A model generated the notes under the pieces. That model worked only from the letters and a program-made list of their open reading frames with translations, was not told where the DNA came from and made no database searches. A program made the translations under genes and the position numbers. Shown here one piece after another: positions 7,889 to 16,839 of a stretch of 64,000 bases of DNA. The DNA comes from an uncultured Gemmatimonadota bacterium (GTDB lineage Bacteria > JAAXHH01). The DNA is taken from assembly GCA_951812955.1 (NCBI GenBank), contig OX638340.1, positions 2,272,001 through 2,336,000 of the forward strand. The letters are read 5' to 3'. How positions within the stretch are numbered: the first letter of the stretch is position 1; every line of letters begins with the position of its first letter.

Positions 7889-9370
7889 TTATTCTTCGGG
7901 GATCCGCAGGCCGATAAGAAACTGCGCATTGCCCCGCTGTATCCTGAATCGGATGGCCTGGCCGGGTTCGAATTCTCGGACGATGCCTAGGAATTCCTGT
8001 ACGCTGGACACCGACTCGCCGTTCACCTCGCGGATCAGGTCGCCCCGTTGCAGTCTCTTGTCCTCGGCCACGCTGCCCGCGCGAACCTGGGTGATCACCA
8101 CGCCCGAACCCGCCTCGTAGAAACGAGACCACTCCCGCGTCACATCCATGACGTCGATGCCGAGGTTGGTCGCGGGGCTCCTTCTGGGTTCGCTCGTCGA
8201 CGCGACGCGGGTCGGATCTCCATCGGGTAACTCGCCAAGTTCCAGCGCGATCGTCACCGGCGATCCTTCCCGTACGACCTCGATCTCAATTTCCGTCCCC
8301 GGAGCGATATCCGCGATCCGTTTCCGCAGGTCGTCCACGTCTTCCACGTCTTCCCCGTCGACCGCGACGATGACATCCTCCACCTGGAGATCGGAGTCGA
8401 TCGCCGGTCCGTCATCCACGATGTTGCTTATGAGCGCTCCCGCCTTGCTGTCCAGGCCCATGGATTCGGCCACGATCTCATCCAAATCTGCGATTTCCAC
8501 CCCCAGGTACCCGCGGCTCACGCGTCCGTCCTCGACCAGCCGGGTCATGATGTCCCGGGCCATGTTGGCCGGAACCGCGAAGCCGACGCCCTGGTACCCG
8601 CCGGTCCGGGTGGAAATGGCGGTGTTGATGCCCATGAGGTTCCCTTCCAGGTCGACCAGCGCGCCTCCGCTGTTCCCCGGATTGATGGCGGCGTCCGTCT
8701 GGATGAAGTTCTCGTAAGAGTTCGGTTCCAGTACGCGTCCCCGGCCCTTGGCGCTGACGATGCCCGCCGTGACGGTATGGTTCAGTCCGAAGGGATTGCC
8801 CACGGCCAGCACCCACTCGCCGACCCTCAACTTGTCCGAATCGCCAAAGGCCAACACGGGAAGATTATCGAAATCGATCTTGATGACGGCAAGATCTGTA
8901 CGGGGATCCAGTCCGACGATCTCCGCCTCCGTCTCCCGTTCGTCCGACAATTGAACGGTCAGTTTCTCCGCGTTTTCCACCACGTGGTTGTTCGTCACGA
9001 TGTAGCCGTCTTTCGACACGATCACCCCGGACCCCAGACCCTGGAACGGCCGCGGCCGTTGATTTCCCGGCGGTCCGCCGCCGAAAAACTCTTCGAAGGG
9101 ATTCCTGAACCGCTGCTGCGTCTGCGCGACCGCGCGTTTGCTCGTGATGAGTACAACGGAAGGCTTGACCCGCTCCGCGATGGTGGCGAAGGTCTCGCTG
9201 AATTCCTGCATCGACCGCTGGTCAGCGGCGACGACCGGTGTTATCGACCTGTTCTCGTCCTGTTCGACAATGGAGGCGTCCCAGTTGGAAATGAACAGGC
9301 CGCCGAGTACCATGCCCGTGATGAGCAGCGCCGCGCCGGCGAAGCCTCCTATATTCCTTTTCTCCGTCAT
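7889..9370 (-). CDS. htrA: HtrA/DegP/DegQ-family periplasmic serine endoprotease with two PDZ domains.
   Basis: 493 aa with an N-terminal transmembrane/signal segment. The trypsin-like core reads GSGVIVSKDGYIVTNNHVV...DLAVIKI...GNSGGALV. Two PDZ-like regions follow. Confidence 0.9.
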   Translation of the reverse strand: MTEKRNIGGFAGAALLITGMVLGGLFISNWDASIVEQDENRSITPVVAADQRSMQEFSETFATIAERVKPSVVLITSKRAVAQTQQRFRNPFEEFFGGGPPGNQRPRPFQGLGSGVIVSKDGYIVTNNHVVENAEKLTVQLSDERETEAEIVGLDPRTDLAVIKIDFDNLPVLAFGDSDKLRVGEWVLAVGNPFGLNHTVTAGIVSAKGRGRVLEPNSYENFIQTDAAINPGNSGGALVDLEGNLMGINTAISTRTGGYQGVGFAVPANMARDIMTRLVEDGRVSRGYLGVEIADLDEIVAESMGLDSKAGALISNIVDDGPAIDSDLQVEDVIVAVDGEDVEDVDDLRKRIADIAPGTEIEIEVVREGSPVTIALELGELPDGDPTRVASTSEPRRSPATNLGIDVMDVTREWSRFYEAGSGVVITQVRAGSVAEDKRLQRGDLIREVNGESVSSVQEFLGIVREFEPGQAIRFRIQRGNAQFLIGLRIPEE

Positions 9371-9542
9371 GCTCGATCTCCCTTTCTATGCTGTTTTTGC
9401 CCTGCCATTTACAACTATGCATAATACCGGGCACGCGTCCCGGCGTCAAACGATTACGGTCTATCTGCGACTGCCTCTTCCCCTTCCCATCCGGTTTCGC
9501 CAAGCGTCAGTCCGCCGGCCACACCCCGCGCTTCGAGCAATT

Positions 9543-9636
9543 CCTGCCTCAGTTCAGATTCGCGTCCCGGGTCGAAACGGTCACGCCGTCCTGCCTCAGT
9601 TCAGATTCGCGTCCCGGGTCGAAACGGTCACGCCGC
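9543..9636. repeat. Perfect tandem duplication of a 47-bp unit that contains the lon stop codon and last 13 codons.
   Basis: Copy 1 is at 9543-9589 and copy 2 at 9590-9636, with one terminal mismatch. The lon stop codon (minus strand, 9596-9598) lies in copy 2, so copy 1 is a duplicate lying downstream of the gene. Confidence 0.9.
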
Positions 9637-12049
9637 CTTGCATGGACTCCACCCAGGTCCCGTCGCTTTCCGGGGTGTCGGCGGGTTCATCCATGAGCGC
9701 CAGTTCCAGGACCTGGTCGATATGGTCGACCAGGCAGAACCCGAGCTTCTCCTTAACGGCCGCGGGGACGTCGTCCAGGTCTTTCTCGTTCCGGCGGGGC
9801 AGGATGATGGTGGTGATACCGGCCCGCATCGCGCCGAGGACCTTCTCCTTGACGCCGCCGACCGGCATGACCTTCCCGCGCAGAGTGACCTCGCCGGTCA
9901 TGGCCAGATCGTTTCGTACCGGCCGGCCCGTGAGCAGGGAGGTCAGCACCGTCACGAGCGCCACGCCGGCGGACGGACCGTCCTTGGGGATAGCACCCAC
10001 GGGCAGATGGATATGTATGTCGTGCCGACCGAAGAACGCCGGGTCGATCTGCCATTCCTCGGCGTGCGACCTGACGTAGGTCATTGCGGCCCGGGCGGAT
10101 TCCTTCATCACGTCGCCCAGTTGGCCCGTAAGCGTCAGCCCCTTTCTGCCGGGCATCTTGCTGGCTTCGACAAACATGATCTCGCCGCCGGCCGGGGTCC
10201 AGGCCAGCCCGATCGCCACGCCGGGGTCTCCGGTGCGTTCCGCGGTCTCGGAGAAGTACTCGGGCGGACCCAGGTGCCGGTGCAGGTCACCTTCGGAAAT
10301 CTGGAAGGGTGGAGCCTGCCCTTCGGCGACCGAACGGGCCGATTTGCGGGCGACTGTGCGGATCTTCCGCTCCAGGTTGCGCAGGCCCGCCTCCCGGGTA
10401 TAATCGGAGATGATCCGGGCGATCGCCCGGTCGTCAAGACGCAGGTCATCCGTGGACAACCCGTGCGACTCCAGTTCCCTGGGAACGAGGTAGCGCCGCG
10501 CGATTTCGACCTTCTCCTCTTCCGTGTATCCCGACAGCTCGATGATCTCCATGCGGTCGCGCAGCGGCTCCGGTATGCCGGCCAGCATATTGGCAGTGGT
10601 CACGAACATGACGTTGGACAGGTCGAAGGGCAGATCGATGTAGTGATCGGTAAAGGTGTCGTTCTGTTCCGGGTCGAGCACTTCGAGCAGCGCGGAGGAG
10701 GGGTCTCCCCGGAAATCCCGGCCGAGCTTGTCGATCTCGTCCAGCATGAAGACCGGGTTGTTGGTGCCCGCCTTGCGGATGCTCTGGATGATGCGTCCCG
10801 GCAACGCGCCGATGTAGGTCCTGCGGTGTCCCCTGATCTCAGCCTCGTCATGCACACCGCCCAGCGATATGCGCACGAACCGTCGGCCCAGGGCGCGGGC
10901 GATCGACTTGCCGAGCGAGGTCTTGCCCACCCCCGGCGGACCCGCGAAACACAGGATGGAACCCTTCAGGTCCGGCTTCAGGCTCCGCACGGCCAGGTGT
11001 TCGAGGACGCGGTCCTTGATCTTCTCGAGGCCGTAGTGGTCTTCGTCCAGGATTTCCCGGGCCCGCTCGATGTCCAACTGATCATCCGATGAAACGGACC
11101 AGGGCAGCTCCGACAGCCACTCGAGATAGGTCCGCAGTGTCGAATACTCCGGAGAGACGGTCGGAATGCGCTCCAACCTTTTGAGTTCGCGCTCCGCTTC
11201 CGCCCGGGCCTCGCCAGGCAGGCCGGCTTCCTCGATCTTCTCGCGCAGGTCGGACAGGTCCTCGCCCTGTCCTTCGCCGTCTTCTCCGAGCTCCCGTTGT
11301 ATGGCCTTCATCTGCTCGCGGAGATAGTACTCGCGCTGTGCCTTGCCCATCTTGTCCTCGACCTGCGACTGGATGCGGCTGCCCGTCTCCGCCACTTCGA
11401 TCTCCCGGGTTATCAGGAATGTCAGCGCCTTCAGCCTTCCCTTGACATCGCTCAATTCCAGCATGGCCTGCTGGTCTTCGAGGGAAATCTTCAGATTGAA
11501 GGCGATGAAATCGGCCATTTTGGATGGCTGGTCCTCCAGGTTGAGCAGGGGGATGCGCAGCTCTTCGGACATGGTCGGGACCAGTTCGATCAGCCGCTGG
11601 AACTGCTCCGCCAGGTTGTGGGCCAGTGCCTTGCCTTCCATGGACTCATGTTTCTGCTCAGCCTGGAGTTCCACCCGGACGCGCATGATCGGCTCGGTTT
11701 CGAGCACGTCCAGTACACGTGCGCGGGCCACCCCGTGGACCACCGCGTGGAGGCTGTCTTCCGGCAGCTTCATCATCTTGTATATCCGAACCAGCGTACC
11801 GAATTTGTAGAGATCTTCGGGCGACGGCTGGTCCGTGTCCGGGTCCCGCTGCGCCAGGACCATGACCATCTTGTCCTGTTGTAGCGCCTCGTCCAGCGCC
11901 TTGACAGAACCCGTCCGGTCGGCTACCAGCGCGGCCGCCATATGGGGATACACGATCAGGTTGCGCACCGGCAGCACGGCGATGGACTCGATTACCGAGT
12001 TCTCCTGCAGGTTCAACGGTACTTCCTGGAGCGCCTTGATTTCAGCCAT
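9596..12049 (-). CDS. lon: ATP-dependent Lon protease (La).
   Basis: 817 aa. It has the LON N-domain, AAA+ Walker A (GPPGVGKTSLGKSIARAL), and the proteolytic Ser-Lys dyad region (PKDGPSAGVALVTVLTSLLTG...). Confidence 0.95.
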   Translation of the reverse strand: MAEIKALQEVPLNLQENSVIESIAVLPVRNLIVYPHMAAALVADRTGSVKALDEALQQDKMVMVLAQRDPDTDQPSPEDLYKFGTLVRIYKMMKLPEDSLHAVVHGVARARVLDVLETEPIMRVRVELQAEQKHESMEGKALAHNLAEQFQRLIELVPTMSEELRIPLLNLEDQPSKMADFIAFNLKISLEDQQAMLELSDVKGRLKALTFLITREIEVAETGSRIQSQVEDKMGKAQREYYLREQMKAIQRELGEDGEGQGEDLSDLREKIEEAGLPGEARAEAERELKRLERIPTVSPEYSTLRTYLEWLSELPWSVSSDDQLDIERAREILDEDHYGLEKIKDRVLEHLAVRSLKPDLKGSILCFAGPPGVGKTSLGKSIARALGRRFVRISLGGVHDEAEIRGHRRTYIGALPGRIIQSIRKAGTNNPVFMLDEIDKLGRDFRGDPSSALLEVLDPEQNDTFTDHYIDLPFDLSNVMFVTTANMLAGIPEPLRDRMEIIELSGYTEEEKVEIARRYLVPRELESHGLSTDDLRLDDRAIARIISDYTREAGLRNLERKIRTVARKSARSVAEGQAPPFQISEGDLHRHLGPPEYFSETAERTGDPGVAIGLAWTPAGGEIMFVEASKMPGRKGLTLTGQLGDVMKESARAAMTYVRSHAEEWQIDPAFFGRHDIHIHLPVGAIPKDGPSAGVALVTVLTSLLTGRPVRNDLAMTGEVTLRGKVMPVGGVKEKVLGAMRAGITTIILPRRNEKDLDDVPAAVKEKLGFCLVDHIDQVLELALMDEPADTPESDGTWVESMQGGVTVSTRDANLN

Positions 12050-12830
12050 GTCTTACCTCGCTTTCCCTGCCCTTGTGCCGCGTCCTCGGGCGTCCTCAAG
12101 AGGTGGCCGTCGCGAGACTCGGTTAGCCCTCGACCGTCAGTGAACGTCGCCGGGCCTGTTTCCATTCGCATGGCCATGGGAAGCGCCTCGCGGCTGCTTG
12201 ATTCATTATACGCACCAACCGGCCAATACGCTTCATTTGGCCTGGATTTCTACCGTACTACAGCAACATAGGGTGCAAACTCCATGCCACGATGATTCCG
12301 TGTCGACGACTTGATGATTCCGTGCCTCCTTCACGATGCTTCTGGGCCGACGGCATGGTAAATTCGCGCCACGCCAGGATTCTATTCGCGTATATGTGCC
12401 AATTTGGCATATCAGGTCGCACAAACTGCCATTTTAGCATGTGGCTTACTACAGAATCTCACACTATTTGGTCGGCAACTTCATCCCTCCGCTCGAATCC
12501 GTGTATGCCACGGCCTTCGCATAGCTATTCCGAACCGCGCCGGAGGTTTTTCTGCCCAGACCGTACTGCGCCTGTGTGATCTGCTGTCCGGACCGCGCTG
12601 CGCCAGTGTAATTTGCTACCCGGACTGCGATACGCCTTGTGTGTTCTACTTCCATCGAAACAGGTTGACAATTCGACGGTTCGGGTTACCATGTCGAGAA
12701 ATGATCGGCCTGCGTGTCCGTACTTAAACAGAGCGGTCTGTTCAGCCTGTTCCGGGGCAATCACGCGCCTGTTTTCGACGGAAACAGCCGCGACATTTCT
12801 CTGTCTACTGTCTCCATACGAGGAATACCC

Positions 12831-13298
12831 ATGAAACGTCCTTTCATTCGGATCTTGACGACCACGCTGTCATGCTTTCTTATCGCGGGATTGGCCATGG
12901 CGGGTTGCGGCGGCGAAGGCGGCGGAAGCCAGGACCATGCCGAAGAACCGGCCGAAAGCGAGGCGCCCGACCCGAACACCGAGGCGCGCCAGGAGTACAT
13001 GAGAGAGATCGCGCAGCTCTGCGAAGGGATCGCCCTGGCGATCGAGGAAGGATCCGTGGGGACGATCGGCGCCGACGTGTCGAATCTCAAGGGGGTCATG
13101 GAGGAAGTGTCTACGATGCCTCCGCGATACGATTCTTCGAGATTCGGGTTCTACGCCTCCGACTTCCAGATACGCGCCGACACGCTCATCGCAGCTGCGG
13201 AGACCGGTTCGGCCATCGAGGCCGACTCCGCGATGCAAGCCCTCGCGATCACCTGCGGCGTTTGCCATTACAACTGCAAGTTCCCGGCCGATCCGTAA
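12831..13298 (+). CDS. Lipoprotein c-type cytochrome, cytochrome c-prime / class II cytochrome c-like, with a C-terminal CxxCH.
   Basis: MKRPFIRILTTTLSCFLIAGLAMAGCGGEG... has a lipobox. The roughly 150-aa length, Ala/Glu-rich helical body and heme-binding motif (ITCGVCHYNC) 10 residues from the C-terminus match the four-helix-bundle class II cytochromes. A GAGGA ribosome-binding site lies upstream. Confidence 0.5.
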   Translation: MKRPFIRILTTTLSCFLIAGLAMAGCGGEGGGSQDHAEEPAESEAPDPNTEARQEYMREIAQLCEGIALAIEEGSVGTIGADVSNLKGVMEEVSTMPPRYDSSRFGFYASDFQIRADTLIAAAETGSAIEADSAMQALAITCGVCHYNCKFPADP

Positions 13299-13360
13299 TT
13301 CGCGGTTAGTTCCCGGCCGACCCGTAAATATCCGGCAAGTTCCCGGCCGATCCGTAATTC
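13278..13360. repeat. Three tandem copies (period about 30 nt) of AAGTTCCCGGCCGATCCGTAATTC. This is the last 6 codons plus stop of the cytochrome gene repeated twice downstream.
   Basis: Copies lie at 13278-13301 (includes the real TAA stop at 13296-13298), 13307-13330 (two mismatches) and 13337-13360 (identical to copy 1). Confidence 0.85.
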
Positions 13361-13376
13361 CCGCCAAGGAGGAACC

Positions 13377-14360
13377 ATGATACGTCAATTCACCGCGGCG
13401 CTCGTCTGCGCCGCGCTCATAGCCGCGGCGTGCAGTGATTCCGAAGGGCCCGCGCCGTCCGAAGAGGAGCCCGCAACCGTGAACCCGATGAATGAATACG
13501 GCATGACGGCCAGCAACGTATTCCTGTACTACGCCGACGTAGAAGCGGCGACGGAGTTCTACACCCGGACCCTGGGCTTCGCCGTTGCGGCAGATTACGG
13601 GTTCGCCAAGATCCTCCGCGTCGCCCCGAGTTCCTTCATCACCCTCGTCGACGAAGAGATGGGCATGCACAGCGCCAGCGATCCCAAGACCGTGGCCATC
13701 GCCCTCATCACGGACCAGCTGGACGAGTGGTGGGACTACATGAAGGACCAGGAAGTAGAGATGCGGTCCACCTCCTACAACCCGGTCGAGGGACGTCCCC
13801 ATCACGGATTCGTCGCCATCGATCCGGAGGGTTACCTCCTGGAGTTCGAGCGGTTCAACGAACACGCCGAGAACGAGATGCTGGTCCCGGTGCTGAACGA
13901 GACCGAGACGATCTATCCCGCCGAAGGCACGTCCAATGTGCCTCCGGGACTGGGTTTCAAGGCGACGGTGGTGTGGTTCTACTACAAGGACATGCCCGCG
14001 ATCCAGGCCTTCTACGAAGAGGTCATGGGCTTCGACCTGATCGTGGACCAGGGGTGGACCAAGATCTACCGCATCTCGCCATCGGGCTACATGGGCCTCG
14101 TGGACGAGCAACGCGGCATGCACAACTTCACGGAGAAGAAGGCCGTCACCATGTCCTTCTGGACGGACCGTATCGACGACTGGTACGCCTACGTCAGCGG
14201 CCACGGCGACTTTGAAATGCGCTCCGAGAAGGTCGAGGAAACGGACCGGTACCGCGCCTTCGTCGCCTACGATCCGGAAGGCTACTTCCTTGAATGGAAC
14301 GTCTTCAAGGACGCGCCGGACAACGAGACGCTCCACAGAATGCTGCGGGGCGAAGAGTAG
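13377..14360 (+). CDS. Lipoprotein with two tandem VOC (glyoxalase / bleomycin-resistance / dioxygenase) domains.
   Basis: It has a signal and lipobox (LIAAACSDS). An AAGGAGG ribosome-binding site lies upstream. Two internally repeated halves, each about 130 aa, end in ...PEGYLLEFERF and ...PEGYFLEWNVF. Confidence 0.65.
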   Translation: MIRQFTAALVCAALIAAACSDSEGPAPSEEEPATVNPMNEYGMTASNVFLYYADVEAATEFYTRTLGFAVAADYGFAKILRVAPSSFITLVDEEMGMHSASDPKTVAIALITDQLDEWWDYMKDQEVEMRSTSYNPVEGRPHHGFVAIDPEGYLLEFERFNEHAENEMLVPVLNETETIYPAEGTSNVPPGLGFKATVVWFYYKDMPAIQAFYEEVMGFDLIVDQGWTKIYRISPSGYMGLVDEQRGMHNFTEKKAVTMSFWTDRIDDWYAYVSGHGDFEMRSEKVEETDRYRAFVAYDPEGYFLEWNVFKDAPDNETLHRMLRGEE

Positions 14361-14371
14361 AAGGAAGAAAC

Positions 14372-15607
14372 ATGCCGACCATCAGGCCCTACGACCCGGA
14401 ACGCGATCGAGACGCGATCATCCGGGTCTGGCGCGAAGTACATTGGATCACCAGCGACGTGCAGGCCAAGTGGGCGCCGCTGTTCATGGAGAAAACCCGG
14501 ACCGACGTGGCGGAGGTGAACGGCGAAGCGGAGTGCCAGGCTTCATCGACCGACGGGACGTTCCGCTACCAGGACGAAGACCTGGCCATGTCCGCCATCG
14601 TGGGCGTGACGACCAGCCGCGTCGCCCGCAAGCAACGTCTCGCCCAGCGGGTTACGGCGCACCGCATTGCCGAAGACGCCGCCCGGGGGGCGGAGATCTG
14701 CATGCTGACCATGTTCGAGCAGGGATTCTACGACCTGATGGGATTCGGCACGGGTCCCTACGGACACAGGGTGCGGTTCGATCCCGCCGACCTCACGATC
14801 GACCGGCCCTTCCGGGTGCCCAGGCGCCTGACCGCCGACGACTGGGAAATGATCCATTCCGCCATGGTAAACCGCAGGTTGACCCACGGTGGCTGCAGGC
14901 TGTATCCGGCGGAGTTGCTGCAGGTCGAACTGAATCACTCGGAGAAATCCTTCGTGCTGGGCTACTGCGATGGTCCAGGCGGCGAGCTGACCCACTTCTT
15001 CTGGGCGAGCGACAATGAAGAGCACGGTCCCTGCTATGTCTACATGATGGCCTACCAGGATCATTCCCAGCTCATGGAACTGCTCGCGCTCATGAAATCT
15101 CTCGGAGACCAGATTCGGCTCTTCCAGATCGTCGAACCCCCCGACGTGCAAATCCAGGACCTGATCAGGCAGCCCTTTCGGGCCAGGATCGTATCCGAAA
15201 AAGGTCCCTTCAACACACTGATTCGGGGTGATGGGTACTGGCAGGCCCGGATCTGCGACCTGGAAGCCTGCATGGCCAAGACCCGCCTGCACGGCCCGTC
15301 GACGCGGTTCAATCTTTCCCTGAGCGATCCCATCGAGAAGTACCTGGACGCCGGCGCGTCCTGGCGAGGTCTTAGTGGGGAGTACGTGGTCACGCTGGGT
15401 CCCGAGTCCCAGGCTGAACCCGGCGCCGACCCCGCACTACCTACGCTGGCCGCCTCCGTCGGCGCCTTCACCCGTCTCTGGCTCGGCGTTCGTCCCGCCA
15501 CCGGCCTGGCCGTCACCGACGACCTGTCCGGTCCCCCCGAACTGCTGTCCGCGCTGGATCGCACCCTGCGCCTGCCCGTGCCGGGGATGTGCGGGTGGGA
15601 GTTTTAG
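14372..15607 (+). CDS. GNAT-family N-acetyltransferase with a C-terminal sterol-carrier-like domain (Eis-like architecture).
   Basis: MPTIRPYDPERDRDAIIRVWREVHW... is the GNAT fold, followed by a roughly 100-aa C-terminal domain. Total length is about 411 aa. The ribosome-binding site AAGGAAG lies 6 nt upstream of the ATG at 14372. Confidence 0.6.
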   Translation: MPTIRPYDPERDRDAIIRVWREVHWITSDVQAKWAPLFMEKTRTDVAEVNGEAECQASSTDGTFRYQDEDLAMSAIVGVTTSRVARKQRLAQRVTAHRIAEDAARGAEICMLTMFEQGFYDLMGFGTGPYGHRVRFDPADLTIDRPFRVPRRLTADDWEMIHSAMVNRRLTHGGCRLYPAELLQVELNHSEKSFVLGYCDGPGGELTHFFWASDNEEHGPCYVYMMAYQDHSQLMELLALMKSLGDQIRLFQIVEPPDVQIQDLIRQPFRARIVSEKGPFNTLIRGDGYWQARICDLEACMAKTRLHGPSTRFNLSLSDPIEKYLDAGASWRGLSGEYVVTLGPESQAEPGADPALPTLAASVGAFTRLWLGVRPATGLAVTDDLSGPPELLSALDRTLRLPVPGMCGWEF

Positions 15608-15723
15608 ATTTCCGCGACTTTTCCTACTAATGCTATAACTGCATTTCCCGGCGGTTCTTCACGATTCGATGAACCCCTGCCGCGAACGTACTGCTCGGTC
15701 GAGCTAACTTTAAGAGGTTCGTG

Positions 15724-15965
15724 ATGGTTCTCAAGATCAATTCAAAAAGCAAATCACCTTACCGACAAGTGTTCTGGATGCCCTCGGTGTGGATCCCGGT
15801 GACCAGATTGAAATCATCGAGGGACCTGATGGATTCATCCTCAGGCCCCGGAAAATTGACTATTCAAGTCTGGGGACATTGAAGGAGAAAACTCGACGCG
15901 GTCACGACACCTTCGATATCCAGGTCTTCCGCGAGCAGCCCTATAGCCCATCGCTAAAGGAATGA
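15724..15965 (+). pseudogene. AbrB/MazE/SpoVT-family antitoxin gene interrupted by a -1 frameshift in an A5 run (15744-15748).
   Basis: From the ATG at 15724 the frame reads MVLKINSK, then shifts. The adjacent frame reads QFKKQITLPTSVLDALGVDPGDQIEIIEGPDGFILRPRK...KE*. One extra A in the homopolymer would give a clean 80-aa AbrB-fold protein. The downstream 15962-16120 region has only short decayed ORFs and no recognisable toxin. Confidence 0.5.
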
Positions 15966-16165
15966 TACCTCGGTGCTTGCCGAAATCAAGGAAGTGCAGG
16001 ATCGTGCGGGTTTCTGCGTAGGCAGATTTTGGAGATCCATCGGTAAATGCGTTGAAAGTTGGAGTGGTGGAGATGGGGTTCCTCAAGCCACACTTGAAGA
16101 ATACAAACATTAGTTGGTGTGTCCGTGATTGTGTCCTCATTACATTGCGGAACCAGACTGAATAG

Positions 16166-16183
16166 TATATCATACTCGATATA
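16166..16183. promoter_or_regulatory. Inverted repeat TATATC-N6-GATATA about 107 nt upstream of hicB. It is a possible operator.
   Basis: Sequence tatatcatactcgatata in the AT-rich leader of the hicBA pair. Confidence 0.25.
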
Positions 16184-16289
16184 CATTTGGATCTTACGAT
16201 CCAGTGGAAGGAAGAGTTCCCAGGACCAACCCAATCTTGGATTTGTGGATCTTATACAAGCGTTGCGACGATCAGTGGAGCGAACAACG

Positions 16290-16505
16290 ATGAAAAACGA
16301 GTTCACTGCGATTATCGAAAGGGACGAAGAAATATACATTGCTTTTTGTCCCGAAATACCGGAAGCGAATGGCCAAGGCGCGACCAAGGATGAAGCCTGC
16401 GAGAGCTTGGCAGAGGCCATTGCCCTTGTATTGGAAGATCGCCGGGAAGAGGGGCTTCGCGGAGCAGCCCCTGGAGCTATTCGAGAAAGAGTCACCATTT
16501 CGTGA
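16290..16505 (+). CDS. hicB: HicB-family antitoxin (short N-terminal-domain-only form).
   Basis: MKNEFTAIIERDEEIYIAFCPEIPEANGQGATKDEACESLAEAIALVLEDRREEG matches the HicB/UPF0150 N-terminal fold. Its stop overlaps the GTG start of hicA (GTGA). Confidence 0.6.
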   Translation: MKNEFTAIIERDEEIYIAFCPEIPEANGQGATKDEACESLAEAIALVLEDRREEGLRGAAPGAIRERVTIS

Positions 16506-16690
16506 AACGGAGGAGTTTAATCCGACATCTCCAAAGACACAACTGTCAACTCAAACGCGAAGGACGTTCGCATTCATTGTGGTGTAATTCGATAACGGGG
16601 GCTGTCGAAACAATTCCTCGTCATACCGAGATTTCTAACCGTCTGGCGCGTAAGATATGCCGAAATCTCTCAGTTCCTGATATACTGTAA
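16502..16690 (+). CDS. hicA: HicA-family mRNA interferase toxin.
   Basis: (GTG)KRRSLIRHLQRHNCQLKREGRSHSLWCNSITGAVETIPRHTEISNRLARKICRNL has the HicA dsRBD-like fold, with a conserved GSH motif and the 'TIP.H' region. Confidence 0.75.
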   Translation: MKRRSLIRHLQRHNCQLKREGRSHSLWCNSITGAVETIPRHTEISNRLARKICRNLSVPDIL

Positions 16691-16839
16691 CCATGACTAA
16701 TCGTCTTGTGATTTGATCAACAAAGTTGTTTGCAGAATTACCTGTTCTCCAGAAGTACCCCTCCCATCTGAAACAGCACTCCTCAAAGGCAATCTGAGTC
16801 AGCGTTACGACGTCAAGATGACGTTTATCTTCGAAGTAC

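Noticed and set aside
15986-16498. 170-aa minus-strand ORF across the low-GC islet.
   Set aside because: It lies antisense to hicB and the decayed antitoxin region. It has no recognisable family, and the islet is better explained by the plus-strand toxin-antitoxin genes.
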